A stretch of 63,185 nucleotides of DNA, filler included, from Licmophora abbreviata (Eukaryota), in the NCBI GenBank assembly GCA_900291995.1. It is 20 parts of 20 records of this genome, joined end to end, with 100 filler letters (N's around TTAATTAATTAA, not from the genome) between each part and the next. Parts side by side here need not be neighbours in the genome. Positions count along the whole stretch, not along the records: positions 1 to 5,718 come from OLMU01003775.1; positions 5,819 to 8,725 come from OLMU01003777.1; positions 8,826 to 10,636 come from OLMU01003778.1; 17 more parts are not named here. One strand, 5' to 3'. The notes beneath the pieces were generated by a model that was not told the origin of the DNA, ran no database searches, and was given only the letters and a program-made list of their open reading frames with translations. The position numbers and the translations under genes are program-made. Numbering within the stretch: the first letter of the stretch is position 1; every line of letters begins with the position of its first letter. Positions 1 to 9,393 of this stretch are shown piece after piece.

Positions 1-16
1 CCAAAGGCGGCGCGCT

Positions 17-1516
17 TCAGTCGGCAGCGGGCGTCTCGGGGGTGGCGGTTTCAGGATCGGCCGCCGGCGTCTCGGCCTCGGGCGGCGCGGGGGTGGTGGC
101 GGCGGCGTCTTCTGCGCTGCGCGTCTGGGAGGTGAGCGCCCCGTTCTCCCATGTGCCGCTGTCCTCTTCGCCCGAGGCATAGCGCATCGTGCCGCTGCCC
201 TGCCGTTTGCCGTTCAGGAAGGTGCCTTCGTAGATGTCGCCATTGGTATAGGTGGCCACACCCTGACCCGAGATTTCGCCCTCCTGCCATTCGCCGTCAT
301 AGGTGAAGCCGTCGGGCATGGTGATCTTGCCCTGACCATGGCGCTGCCCATCGCGAAACGTGCCTTCATAGACGGTGCCATCAGGATAGGTGGCGATCCC
401 CTGACCGTGGCGCTGGCCGTTTTCCCACTGGCCTTCATAGCGGTAGCCATCGGCATAGGTCATCACGCCGAAGCCGTGATTGCGGGCGTTTTCGAAAGCG
501 CCTTCATAGACGACGCCGTTGGGATAGGTGGCGCGGCCTTGCCCGTCGATCACGCCGCCGCGCCATTCGCCCTCATAGGTCGAGCCGTCGGGATAGGTGA
601 TCCGCCCCATGCCATTGGCCAGGTCGTCGCGAAATTCGCCGACATAGATCGAACCGTCGGGATAGGTGACCTGCCCCTCGCCCGAGATGTTGCCCGCAAC
701 CCATGACCCTTCGTAGCGATAGCCGTCGGTGCCGGTGAACACGCCCTGACCATGGCGGCGGTCGTCCTGAAAGCTGCCCTCGTAGATGTCCCCATTGGCA
801 TAGGTGACCTTGCCCTGACCCTCGCGGCGGCCCGCCACCAGCGTGCCTTCGTAGACATCGCCATTGGGCTGGGTCAGCCGTCCCTCGCCATCGATCTGTC
901 CGGCTTTCCACAGGCCCTCATAGATCAGCCCGTCGGGCATGGTGAGCTTGCCCTGGCCCTCGCGGGCGCCGCGGCTCACCTCGCCATCATAGACCGCGCC
1001 GTCGGGATAGGTGATCGTGGCGCGCCCGTCCTTGACGCCGTTGACCCAATCGCCCTCATAGACATAGCCCCCGGGGCTTTCCATCCGGCCCTTGCCGTGG
1101 TGCATCGCGTTGCGGAACCCGCCTTCGTAGCGCACGCCGTTGGCATAGACCGCGACGCCCTGCCCGGAGATCTTGCCATCCAGCCAGCTGCCCTCATAGG
1201 TGCCGCCATCGGCGAAGACGATCCGGCCCACCCCTTCGGGTTTGCCCTTGGCGAACTCCCCCTCATAGACCGAGCCGTTGGGAAAGCGCGCCACGCCCTG
1301 ACCGCGAATCTCGCCATCCACCCATTCGCCCGAATATTCATAGCCATTGGGCAGCGTATAGGTGCCGGTGCCGTGCTGCAGCCCGTTGCGGAATGTGCCC
1401 TCATAGACGCCGCCATCGTCATACTGCTTCGTGCGCAGCTCGCCGTCCTGTGCTGCCACGGTGCCGGCCGCCAGAATGGCGCCTGCACAGACGATGCCCT
1501 TGCGTGTAAAGCTCAT
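17..1516 (-). CDS. MORN-repeat protein, probably exported
   Basis: About 19 tandem 23-aa repeats of type YxGxWxxGxxxGxGxxxYxDG. Signal-peptide-like N-terminus from ATG 1516 and a Pro/Ala/Thr-rich tail. Divergent from nadE. Confidence 0.9.
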   Translation of the reverse strand: MSFTRKGIVCAGAILAAGTVAAQDGELRTKQYDDGGVYEGTFRNGLQHGTGTYTLPNGYEYSGEWVDGEIRGQGVARFPNGSVYEGEFAKGKPEGVGRIVFADGGTYEGSWLDGKISGQGVAVYANGVRYEGGFRNAMHHGKGRMESPGGYVYEGDWVNGVKDGRATITYPDGAVYDGEVSRGAREGQGKLTMPDGLIYEGLWKAGQIDGEGRLTQPNGDVYEGTLVAGRREGQGKVTYANGDIYEGSFQDDRRHGQGVFTGTDGYRYEGSWVAGNISGEGQVTYPDGSIYVGEFRDDLANGMGRITYPDGSTYEGEWRGGVIDGQGRATYPNGVVYEGAFENARNHGFGVMTYADGYRYEGQWENGQRHGQGIATYPDGTVYEGTFRDGQRHGQGKITMPDGFTYDGEWQEGEISGQGVATYTNGDIYEGTFLNGKRQGSGTMRYASGEEDSGTWENGALTSQTRSAEDAAATTPAPPEAETPAADPETATPETPAAD

Positions 1517-1668
1517 GTCACTTCCCGGATCCCGATGCCCGCGCCATGCGGGGTCGCGCAAAACCTAGTGGAGCGTCGCCGGGCTGACAACGGCTTTTGC
1601 CCAAATCGGCTTTCCCTCGCGCACCGATCTGCTAAATCAAACCGCGAATGCAAGCACGAGGCACCCGC

Positions 1669-3327
1669 ATGGCCGACAGCTTTCGCCTAACGCTGGCGCA
1701 ATGGAACCCGACGATGGGCGATCTGGACGGCAATGCCGATCTGGCGCGGCGCGCGTGGCGGACGGGCCGCGAGGCAGGCGCCAATCTCGTCGCGCTCCCC
1801 GAGATGTTCATCACCGGCTACAACACCCAGGACCTGGTGATGAAGCCCGCCTTCCATACCGCCGCCATCGCCGCGATCGAGAGCCTCGCGCGCGACTGCG
1901 CCGGTGGTCCGGCGCTGGCCATCGGCGGACCGGCGCTGCAGGATGGCACGCTTTATAACGCCTATTACATCCTGCAGGAGGGCCGCATCGCCGCGCGCAT
2001 GTTCAAGCATCACCTGCCCAACGAGACCGTGTTCGACGAAAAGCGCATCTATGCCGCAGGCGCGGTGACAGGCCCTTATGCGGTCGACGGTCTGCGCATC
2101 GGCAGCCCGATCTGCGAGGACAGCTGGTACGAGGATGTCGCCGAAACCCTGGCCGAGACGGGTGCCCAGATCCTTCTGGTGCCCAACGGCTCGCCCTATT
2201 ACCGCCAGAAGCTGTCACACCGCCATCAGATCATGGTCGCGCGAGTGATCGAGACGGGGCTGCCGCTGATCTATCTCAATCTCGTGGGAGGGCAGGACGA
2301 CCAGGTCTTCGATGGCGGCAGCTTCGCGCTCAATCCCGGGGGGGCGCTGGCCCTGCAGATGCCCCTGATGCAGGAGGCGACCGCCCACCTGGACCTCGTC
2401 CGAACCGAGGATGGCTGGCGGATCACGCCGTCGGATCTGGTGCCGGTCCCGGACGCGATGGAGCAGGATTACCACGCCATGGTGCTCAGCCTGCGCGATT
2501 ACCTGCGCAAAACCGGCTTTCGCAAGGTTCTGCTGGGGCTTTCGGGGGGGATCGACAGCGCGCTGGTGGCCTGCGTTGCCGTCGATGCGCTGGGGCCTGA
2601 AAATGTCCGCTGCGTCATGCTGCCTTCGGACTATACCTCGCAGGCGTCGCTGGACGATGCCGCGACGCTGGCCCGGACCCTTGGTTGCCGCTACGACACG
2701 GTCCCGATCGCCGAGGGACAGCAGGCCATCACCCGCACGCTTGCGCCGCTCTTCGAAGGCACCGCGCCGGATATCACCGAGGAAAACATCCAGTCCCGTC
2801 TGCGGGGCCTGTTGCTTATGGCGATGTCCAACAAGTTCGGCGAGATGCTTTTGACCACGGGCAACAAATCCGAAGTGGCCGTGGGATATGCCACGATCTA
2901 TGGCGACATGGCCGGGGGCTACAATCCGCTCAAGGACATGTACAAGACCCGCGTTTTCGACACGTGCCGATGGCGCAACACGGCGCATCGCGACTGGATG
3001 ATGGGGCCTGCGGGCGCGGTCATTCCGCAGCGCATCATCGACAGGCCGCCAAGCGCCGAACTGGCCCCCGATCAGCGCGACGAAGACAGCCTGCCCGCCT
3101 ATCCGGTGCTGGACGGCATTCTTGAGATTCTCGTCGATCAGGACGGATCGATCGCCGATTGCGTCGCGGCGGGCTTTGATCGCGCCGATGCCAGCCGCGT
3201 CGAGCATCTGCTTTACATATCGGAATACAAACGCTTTCAGTCCGCGCCCGGCACCCGGCTCAGCAAGCGGGCCTTCTGGCTGGACCGGCGCTATCCGATC
3301 GCCAATCGCTGGCGCGACAAAGGCTGA
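1669..3327 (+). CDS. nadE: Glutamine-dependent NAD+ synthetase
   Basis: N-terminal nitrilase/CN-hydrolase domain (LPEMF, ICED) and NAD synthase motifs SGGIDS, ENIQSRLRG, TGNKSE, GYATIYGD, PPSAEL. Confidence 0.96.
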   Translation: MADSFRLTLAQWNPTMGDLDGNADLARRAWRTGREAGANLVALPEMFITGYNTQDLVMKPAFHTAAIAAIESLARDCAGGPALAIGGPALQDGTLYNAYYILQEGRIAARMFKHHLPNETVFDEKRIYAAGAVTGPYAVDGLRIGSPICEDSWYEDVAETLAETGAQILLVPNGSPYYRQKLSHRHQIMVARVIETGLPLIYLNLVGGQDDQVFDGGSFALNPGGALALQMPLMQEATAHLDLVRTEDGWRITPSDLVPVPDAMEQDYHAMVLSLRDYLRKTGFRKVLLGLSGGIDSALVACVAVDALGPENVRCVMLPSDYTSQASLDDAATLARTLGCRYDTVPIAEGQQAITRTLAPLFEGTAPDITEENIQSRLRGLLLMAMSNKFGEMLLTTGNKSEVAVGYATIYGDMAGGYNPLKDMYKTRVFDTCRWRNTAHRDWMMGPAGAVIPQRIIDRPPSAELAPDQRDEDSLPAYPVLDGILEILVDQDGSIADCVAAGFDRADASRVEHLLYISEYKRFQSAPGTRLSKRAFWLDRRYPIANRWRDKG

Positions 3328-3455
3328 CGCGCTTGGGCATTCGGTCTTGTATGTCACTGTATTCAAATTATATTACTCCGATGTGTTTTTGTATCCAGTG
3401 ATTCACCCAACGGTTTCCCGAATTTTTTCCGCCACACGGATGGCAGGAGACGTCC

Positions 3456-4016
3456 ATGTTCCGTGTCGCAAGCGCGGTTGTCGCGCTGTCCGCTTGGTTT
3501 TCCACCCTCGTGATCGCCGAGCCGCACGCCCTGACTGAGCGCTACGACCTGACCGAGCGCTACGAGACGATGGGCACAATAGAGGCCCGGGTGGGCGACA
3601 CGACCTACAGCATGATCGTGGCCTATGATGTGGCCCGAAACCGCCCCCATGCCGAACAAAAGGCGATCATGGGGGCCTTTCTGACGATCAACTTCCTCGG
3701 TCATGTGGTCGCGCAGGATGGGACGCCCGACCGTCCTATTCTTCAGGTCACGCTGCAGAAACGCGAGGGCGAAATGTCACTTGTGTCTGCCGAACTCCTC
3801 GACGATCTGGGCTATGGAGCGCCACTGGTCATGGGCGGTGATGGCGGGCGGGGGGAGCTTGTCTCTTTCGAGCTGCAGGACACTGTCGTGTCCGGCAAGA
3901 TCGAGGGCACGTTCCTGCGGCTCGATGGCTATGCCCCGAACCGCGGCATCGCCCAAGGGACGACGCCTGTACCTGCCACCATTGAATGGGACGTGACCCT
4001 GCCGCCCCTGCAATAG
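3456..4016 (+). CDS. Hypothetical secreted protein (186 aa)
   Basis: RBS GGAGA upstream, signal-peptide-like N-terminus and normal codon bias. No recognised family. Confidence 0.7.
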   Translation: MFRVASAVVALSAWFSTLVIAEPHALTERYDLTERYETMGTIEARVGDTTYSMIVAYDVARNRPHAEQKAIMGAFLTINFLGHVVAQDGTPDRPILQVTLQKREGEMSLVSAELLDDLGYGAPLVMGGDGGRGELVSFELQDTVVSGKIEGTFLRLDGYAPNRGIAQGTTPVPATIEWDVTLPPLQ

Positions 4017-4166
4017 GGGGGCGCCCGGAGCGTCCCGTGTCGTGTCGTTCATCATGCCGTCATCCCGTATCCCTCAGTGCGATTGGTGAGTCGATGAAGG
4101 GCAGTAGACAGGGCATGGGTTAAGATTCGGTTTAACGCCGCGCGCGCCGGGGACGCAGGGGGCGAT

Positions 4167-4250
4167 TTGTGTACGGGATGGACACAACTCACCGGGTTCA
4201 CGGGCGATTTGGTCCCAAACGCGTGTAGGTTTCGTACGAGTCCTACACAA
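4167..4250 (+). repeat. 84-bp dispersed intergenic repeat, copy 1
   Basis: Aligns without gaps to 44522-44605 (64/84 identical by manual count) and to the reverse complement of 50915-50998. Ends are TTGTGTA...TACACAA. Confidence 0.9.
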
Positions 4251-4259
4251 GGCCGCCGA

Positions 4260-4640
4260 TCATTCCCACCAGCGGTCGATCGTCGCGATGTCCTCGTCCG
4301 ACCAGCCGAAATGATGGGCGAATTCGTGGATCGTCACATGGGCGATCAGCCGGTCCAGATCCACATCCTCCCGGTCGCGCCATTCGGCCAGGATCGGCTC
4401 CCGGAACAGCCAGACGGTATCGGGTGCAAGCGGTTGATCCATATATGATTTTTCAGTAACGGGAATGCCTTCGTAAAGCCCGGTCAGCTCCAGCGGGTCG
4501 TCGATATCCAGCTCCCGGAGCATGTCCTGCGCGGGCCAGTCCACGACCCGCAGCGCCACGTCGCGCGCAAGTTTTGCGAACGGCTCTGGCAGCGCCTCCA
4601 CCGTCTCTCGGGCAATGGTTTCCATCTCGTTGATATCCAT
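4260..4640 (-). CDS. Zincin-like metallopeptidase family protein
   Basis: 126 aa from ATG 4640, with LTGLYEG, LFREPI and an HExxH motif (HEFAHHFG). Confidence 0.85.
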   Translation of the reverse strand: MDINEMETIARETVEALPEPFAKLARDVALRVVDWPAQDMLRELDIDDPLELTGLYEGIPVTEKSYMDQPLAPDTVWLFREPILAEWRDREDVDLDRLIAHVTIHEFAHHFGWSDEDIATIDRWWE

Positions 4641-4790
4641 GGCTTTTTCGATATCCCATGTGATGTGCGACCTGCAACATCCCTTTGAGAAGACAGCGAA
4701 AAAACGACTCTGCCCGCGTCGGAGACCGGCGGGCGGGGGCCGCGGCTGCGTGATATTGATGCGCGACACAACATCTGGGGTTTTGTCGTC

Positions 4791-5342
4791 ATGATCGCCG
4801 TGCACACCGACCCGCTTGCGTTCAGCGCCACGGAATGCATTGAAATCCTTGGGCTTGTTGCGTCGGCCCCCACACAGGATGCCGGTCTGGTGCGCCAGCA
4901 GCGCGACCACAATCTGCGCCGCGCCGATCTTGTATGGCTGGATGAGGTGCCCGGTGCGGATTGGGTCATGGGCCGCATTATCGAAGTTGTGCGGCGTGCA
5001 AACGCGAGTGTTTTCATGTTTGATATCAACGCATTCGAGGAAAGTCCTCAGGTGGCATGCTATGATGCGGCGCGCGAGGGCCATTTCGATTGGCACAGTG
5101 ACATAGGTGCCGGTCCTTTGGCGGCGCGGCGCAAACTCACCATGGTCGTACAGCTTTCGGACCCGTCAACATATAGTGGTGGAGAGCTTCAGCTCATGCC
5201 CGGTGCGGGCATCATCCCGGCCCGCTCCGAGCAGGGGGCCGCCACTGTCTTTCCCGGCTTCGTCCTGCACCGCGTCACCCCGGTCACCTCCGGGTTGCGC
5301 TATTCCCTAACGGTCTGGGCGCATGGGCCAGCTTTTCGCTAA
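4791..5342 (+). CDS. 2OG-Fe(II) oxygenase (PKHD/prolyl-hydroxylase-like)
   Basis: HxD (WHSD), RKLTMVVQLS, YSGGEL, HRVTPV and RYSL motifs. Confidence 0.88.
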   Translation: MIAVHTDPLAFSATECIEILGLVASAPTQDAGLVRQQRDHNLRRADLVWLDEVPGADWVMGRIIEVVRRANASVFMFDINAFEESPQVACYDAAREGHFDWHSDIGAGPLAARRKLTMVVQLSDPSTYSGGELQLMPGAGIIPARSEQGAATVFPGFVLHRVTPVTSGLRYSLTVWAHGPAFR

Positions 5343-5360
5343 GCCCATGCTTTCATTTTG

Positions 5361-5718
5361 TTATCCGGCTTGAATCATCAGCTGGTAACTGGTCGGCTCA
5401 TAGCGGAACCCGTCTCCGGCCGCCTCGACATACCCCATTCCGGGCCATGGCATGTGATACCCGATGAACGGAATTCCATCCGCCGCCAGCATCCCGAGAA
5501 TCCTTCGCCGTGTCTGGGCGGCGGCGGCTTTGTCCATGTCGAACTTCACTTCCCAATCGGGATAGCCGAGAGACCACACATAGTGGTTGGCAAAGTCCGC
5601 AGCCACCACAAGTTGTTGCCCGTTGCTTTCCAGCATATAGGTCATATGCCCCGGCGTGTGCCCGAACGCCGCCATGGCGGTCACCCCGGAGGCCACGCTG
5701 TCGCCGTCTCCGATCATC
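5361..5718 (-). CDS. MBL-fold metallo-hydrolase, C-terminal part (5' end in gap)
   Basis: GHTPGH motif, AADFANH and C-terminal GYHMPWPG. Confidence 0.82.
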
Positions 5719-5818
5719 NNNNNNNNNNNNNNNNNNNNNNNNNNNNNNNNNNNNNNNNNNNNTTAATTAATTAANNNNNNNNNNNNNNNNNNNNNNNNNN
5801 NNNNNNNNNNNNNNNNNN
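5719..5818. other. Artificial 100-bp scaffold gap, first of 19 (others start at 8726, 10637, 13892, 15379, 17267, 19012, 22980, 26565, 31205, 32768, 37297, 38984, 41672, 51338, 53722, 57672, 59549, 61549)
   Basis: N44-TTAATTAATTAA-N44 linker with stop codons in all six frames. Confidence 0.98.
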
Positions 5819-6851
5819 CTATGTGCTTGTTTTCGTGCTTCAATCTGCGTCAGCCACCTTTACGCCCGCGTTTCAGGCGGCGATCCCGGATGTCCTGCCA
5901 GCCGAACAGGATTACACCCGCGCGCTGTCGCTGTCGCGGCTGGCCTATGATCTTGAAAACCTGATCAGTCCCGCGGCGGCGGCGCTTTTGCTGACAGTCC
6001 TCAGCTACAACTGGCTGTTTCTGGGAACGGTTCTGGGCTTTGCCGCCTCTGCGGCGCTGGTCTGGTCGGTCTGTGTGCCGCCGGTCGGGGGGCATCAGAT
6101 CAGTCGCCCTTTCCGTGAAAGACTGATCCGCGGCACGCGCATCTATCTCGCCACGCCGCGTTTGCGCGGTCTTCTGGCGCTCAACCTTGCCGCGGCCTCG
6201 GTGGGGGCATTCGTGCTGGTCAACACGGTCGTTCTGGTGCGCGCGGGATATGGCGCAACCGAGACCGACCTCGCACAGGCCATGGCCTGTTTCGGCGCGG
6301 GGTCGATGACGGCTGCACTGCTTCTTCCCGCTTTGCTCGACAGAGTGCCCGACAGGCCCGTGATGCTCGTGGGGGCGACGTTCTTGGCTGGGTTTGCGAT
6401 CTTGGGCGCGGTTGTTATGGCGGTCTCAGGCCTGCCGCAATGGCTTGGCTTTCTGTGTCTCTGGGCTGTTCTGGGGTTCTTTTATTCCTGCGTCATGACG
6501 CCCTCGGGACGGCTGCTGCGCCGGTCGGCCCATTCCGAGGATCGCCCGGCAGTGTTCGCGGCGCAATTCGCACTCAGCCATGCGTGCTGGCTGTTGACCT
6601 ATCCCCTGGCGGGATGGGTTGGACAGGCTTTCGGCATGGATCTGGCGCTTGGTCTGCTTGGCGCAATTGCGCTGACGGGCCTGATGCTTGCCCGTCTCTT
6701 ATGGCCGGCCGACTTAACCGGGGAGCTTGAGCACGAACACCCGGATCTGCCGCAGGATCACCCGCATCTGCGCGCCCATCATGGGCAACGGCGGCACGCC
6801 CATGTTTTCGTCATTGATGACGAGCACCGTGTCTGGCCAACTCAGGGCTGA
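5819..6851 (+). CDS. MFS transporter, NreB-like nickel/cobalt efflux (5' end in gap)
   Basis: Multiple TM helices, SRLAYDLE and AAQFALSHACW motifs, and a His-rich tail HEHPDLPQDHPHLRAHHGQRRHAHVFVIDDEH. Confidence 0.8.
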
Positions 6852-6914
6852 CGACGGTGAAATCTGGACAATCGCTTGCGGCTGTGACATGGCCACGCCA
6901 ATCAGGAGAGACCC

Positions 6915-8240
6915 ATGACAACCACTCGCTTCGCCCCGTCCCCCACCGGTTACATCCATGTGGGCAATCTGCGCACTGCGCTGATGAACTTTCTCATCGC
7001 GCGTAAAGCGGGTGGCACGTTCATCCTGCGCATTGACGATACCGATCCGGAGCGCTCCAAACAGGTCTATGTCGACGCGATCAAGGAAGATCTGGAGTGG
7101 CTGGGCCTCCATTGGGACCGGGTGGAACGGCAGTCGGAGCGACTGGATCGCTATGCCGAGGCCGCCGACAAGCTGCGCGAGATGGGCCGCTTTTATGAGG
7201 CGTTCGAAACCCCGACCGAGCTTGATCTGAAGCGCAAGAAGCAGCTCAACATGGGTAAGCCGCCGGTTTATGACCGTGCCGCGCTGACGTTGTCGGAGGA
7301 TGAGAAGGCCAAGCTGCGCGCGGAGCGGGGCAACGGCGTGTGGCGTTTCAAGCTGGATCAGGAGCGGATTGAGTGGAATGACGGCATCCTCGGGGATATC
7401 TCGATCGATGCGGCCAGTGTCAGCGATCCAGTGCTGATCCGGGGGGATGGGCAGGTTCTTTATACGCTTGCGTCCGTCGTGGATGACACCGAAATGGGCG
7501 TGACCCATGTGGTGCGCGGCAGCGACCACGTCACCAACACCGCCACGCAGATCCAGATCATCGAGGCACTTGGCGGAACCGTTCCCAGCTTTGCGCATCA
7601 CTCGCTTCTGACCGGACCACAGGGCGAGTCGCTCTCCAAACGTCTGGGCACCCTCTCGTTGCGCGATCTGCGTGCCCAAGGGATCGAGCCGATGGCGCTG
7701 CTCAGCCTGATGGCGCGTCTGGGGTCCGCCGATCCGGTCGAAGTGCGTACCAGCATGGACGAGTTGATCGAGGGCTTCGACATCTCGCGCTTCGGTGCCG
7801 CGCCGACCAAGTTCGATGTGCAGGACCTGTTTCCCTTGACGGCACGCCTGCTGCATGACCGCGGCTATGACGAGGTCCGAGACCAGATCGCAGCGATCGG
7901 TGTGCCCGATGACCTGGCTGAACGGTTCTGGACGGTGACGCGCGACAATATCACCACGCTGCAGGACCTGCCGGCATGGTGGGCGATGTTCCGCGATGGG
8001 GCCGAGCCGGTGATCGACGACGAAGATCGTGCGTTTGTGGCTGAGGCGATGACGCTGCTGCCCGATGCACCCTATGATGACAGCACCTGGGGCGACTGGA
8101 CCGCGCGCGTCAAAGACGCGACAGGCCGCAAGGGCAAGGGCTTGTTCATGCCGCTGCGCAAGGCATTGACGGGGCAGGCCCACGGCCCGGATATGAGCCA
8201 GGTGCTGCCGCTTTTGCAGAGGATCAAGGCTAGGGATTGA
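6915..8240 (+). CDS. gltX: Glutamate--tRNA ligase
   Basis: RFAPSPTG, HVGN (HIGH), LRIDDTD, RGSDH and LSKR motifs. Confidence 0.96.
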   Translation: MTTTRFAPSPTGYIHVGNLRTALMNFLIARKAGGTFILRIDDTDPERSKQVYVDAIKEDLEWLGLHWDRVERQSERLDRYAEAADKLREMGRFYEAFETPTELDLKRKKQLNMGKPPVYDRAALTLSEDEKAKLRAERGNGVWRFKLDQERIEWNDGILGDISIDAASVSDPVLIRGDGQVLYTLASVVDDTEMGVTHVVRGSDHVTNTATQIQIIEALGGTVPSFAHHSLLTGPQGESLSKRLGTLSLRDLRAQGIEPMALLSLMARLGSADPVEVRTSMDELIEGFDISRFGAAPTKFDVQDLFPLTARLLHDRGYDEVRDQIAAIGVPDDLAERFWTVTRDNITTLQDLPAWWAMFRDGAEPVIDDEDRAFVAEAMTLLPDAPYDDSTWGDWTARVKDATGRKGKGLFMPLRKALTGQAHGPDMSQVLPLLQRIKARD

Positions 8241-9306
8241 CCCCGCCCGCGCTTTGCCGCGCGCGAAGCTTGATCTTGTCCTCTTCCAGAACCATCGCCT
8301 GTTCGGAATAGGCGCGCGCGCGCTCCGCCATAACTTGTGCGGCGCTGGCCAGATCAGCATCCGGGCCTTCTGCCAGCGTGTGAAGCGCCTGTTGCAGACG
8401 GGTGGCCACCTCGACCAGCGCAGCGCCGTCGCGGGCGGTGCTGGCGAAGGCCCCTTCGATCAGTTGCGCAGGCGAGGTGTCGGGTATGAAAATACGGGGA
8501 AATATGGGCTCTTTGTCTTCGGTGGGAGTTCTCCCCCAGTCCCATAAAAGTCGTTCCTGACGTCCGATCACGTCAATGGCGGTACCCGGATCATTCATGC
8601 CGGGCGACAGCGCGCGTGAGGCGATTTCCGAAAGCACCAGCAGCCCGTAGGCTGCATCCTGCTCGAACGACCGATAGTCGCCGATCGTCAAGCATTCCTT
8701 GATGCTTTCAAGTGCCTTCCCGGACNNNNNNNNNNNNNNNNNNNNNNNNNNNNNNNNNNNNNNNNNNNNTTAATTAATTAANNNNNNNNNNNNNNNNNNN
8801 NNNNNNNNNNNNNNNNNNNNNNNNNGGTCGATCCAGCGCAGCATCGCCAGAATGACCAGAACGACCACCACCACCGTTACGGCCAGAACCGCGACCGAGG
8901 CACCGGGCGCATGCAGTTTTGCCTTGAACAGGATGATCGAACTGAGCGCATAGACGAAGGCGCCGATGAACGTCGCCAGCACCGTTTGCGTCGTCGTGTC
9001 GGCCAGAAGAATGCGATGCGCGCGAGGGGTGGCCTGTGCGGCGGCGGCGTTATGCGCGGTGACCATCACGTTGAGTGAAAACGTGCTGACCGCCAGCATC
9101 CCCGAGGCGAGGATCGTCAGGATCGGCATCACCGCATCCGGCGTGAAGCGTTCGCGCAGCACCTCGGGGATCAGGCTGTCCAGCAGCATCGCCGCCATCG
9201 AGGCCACCACGGCAAGACAGGCCATCAAGGTCACGCGGACCCAAAGCATCCGGCTGATCCGCAGGATCACAAGCAGCGTCTTGGAGATCGTCTTGGTATT
9301 CGCCAT
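8230..9306 (-). CDS. DUF2254-family membrane protein (split by gap 8726-8825)
   Basis: N-terminal part has ASGMLAVSTFSL and QATPRA; C-terminal part has RSFEQD and SRALSPGMNDPGTA, typical of this family. Confidence 0.8.
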
Positions 9307-9348
9307 CCTGGTCCTTTCCGACGCAAATCATGCGTCATGCGGAGGCGA

Positions 9349-9384
9349 CAGTCCACCGTGCAGTCCACCGTGCAGTGCACTGTC
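9349..9384. repeat. 12-bp tandem repeat (CAGTCCACCGTG x2 plus degenerate CAGTGCACTGTC)
   Basis: Read directly in the intergenic region. Confidence 0.75.
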
Positions 9385-9393
9385 CGCCAGCGG

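Noticed and set aside
17..1516. 69-bp-period repeats that could mimic a CRISPR array
   Set aside because: They are degenerate in-frame MORN protein repeats. There is no constant repeat with unique spacers and no cas gene.
4167..4448. Similar short ORFs MCTGWTQ...NACRFRT (also 44522-44947 and within 50771-51034)
   Set aside because: Similarity is limited to the 84-bp DNA repeat. The rest overlaps real genes and there is no RBS, so they are not called as a protein family.
5763..5774. TTAATTAATTAA repeated 19 times within N-runs
   Set aside because: Artificial scaffold linker with stops in all frames; not a biological repeat or CtrA site.
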